Positions 62,453-62,655 of a stretch of 62,655 nucleotides of DNA are shown piece by piece (position 1 is the first letter of the stretch; the number at the start of each line of letters is the position of its first letter). A program made the translations under genes and the position numbers. The notes beneath the pieces were generated by a model. That model was not told the DNA's origin and ran no database searches. It worked only from the letters and a program-made list of their open reading frames with translations. This DNA is from Callorhinchus milii (Eukaryota), in assembly GCF_018977255.1 (NCBI RefSeq), contig NW_024705204.1, positions 1 through 62,655 on the forward strand, given 5' to 3'.

Positions 62453-62513
62453 TGCATTGCCCGAGGAGGGTTCCTTGGGGTGACATGATAAACTCTGTGC
62501 CACGATCAAATAG
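62453..62513 (-). other. J-like exon with terminal Cys upstream of the inverted V
   Basis: LFDRGTEFIMSPQGTLLGQC then A|GTGAGC (phase 1, compatible with the V acceptor at 61823). No convincing RSS 5' of it. Confidence 0.4.
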
Positions 62514-62655
62514 ACATTCAGGATTCCGGAGCTGTTTCTTCAAAAGAGATTCGTGACCAAATCGTGACCAACAGTCATTCAGATACAACTGATCATTCAC
62601 TTCAGAGCTGTTTGAGGGACATTGCTATTCACAAATTGACTGCCGTGTTCGCCTA

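Overview
Repeat-rich vertebrate genomic DNA, almost certainly from a cartilaginous fish. This is inferred from the TCR V segments with RSS, a NAR-type V domain, a chondrichthyan-type GPR139-like GPCR, and abundant L2/CR1 LINEs and tRNA-derived SINEs. There are three blocks. (1) 1-4 kb: a two-exon GPR139-like GPCR on the minus strand, cut off after TM5 at a SINE. (2) About 5-37 kb, minus strand: one signal-peptide exon followed by 13 single-exon C-type lectin domain (CTLD) cassettes (10 intact, 3 decayed) and short Ser/Thr/Pro-rich stalk exons. Every intact cassette is phase 1-1, the sugar-binding loops are highly divergent, and no transmembrane exon was seen. (3) 44-62.6 kb: the edge of a TCR alpha/delta V array, divergent from the lectin unit. 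It holds five plus-strand V segments with 23-type RSS (one intact), an apparently germline-joined, CDR2-less NAR-type V-J pseudogene, and an inverted leaderless V with a CDR1 Cys preceded by a Cys-bearing J-like exon (NAR-TCR-supporting configuration). All exon boundaries were read by eye from splice motifs and reading frame; no database search or expression data were available.
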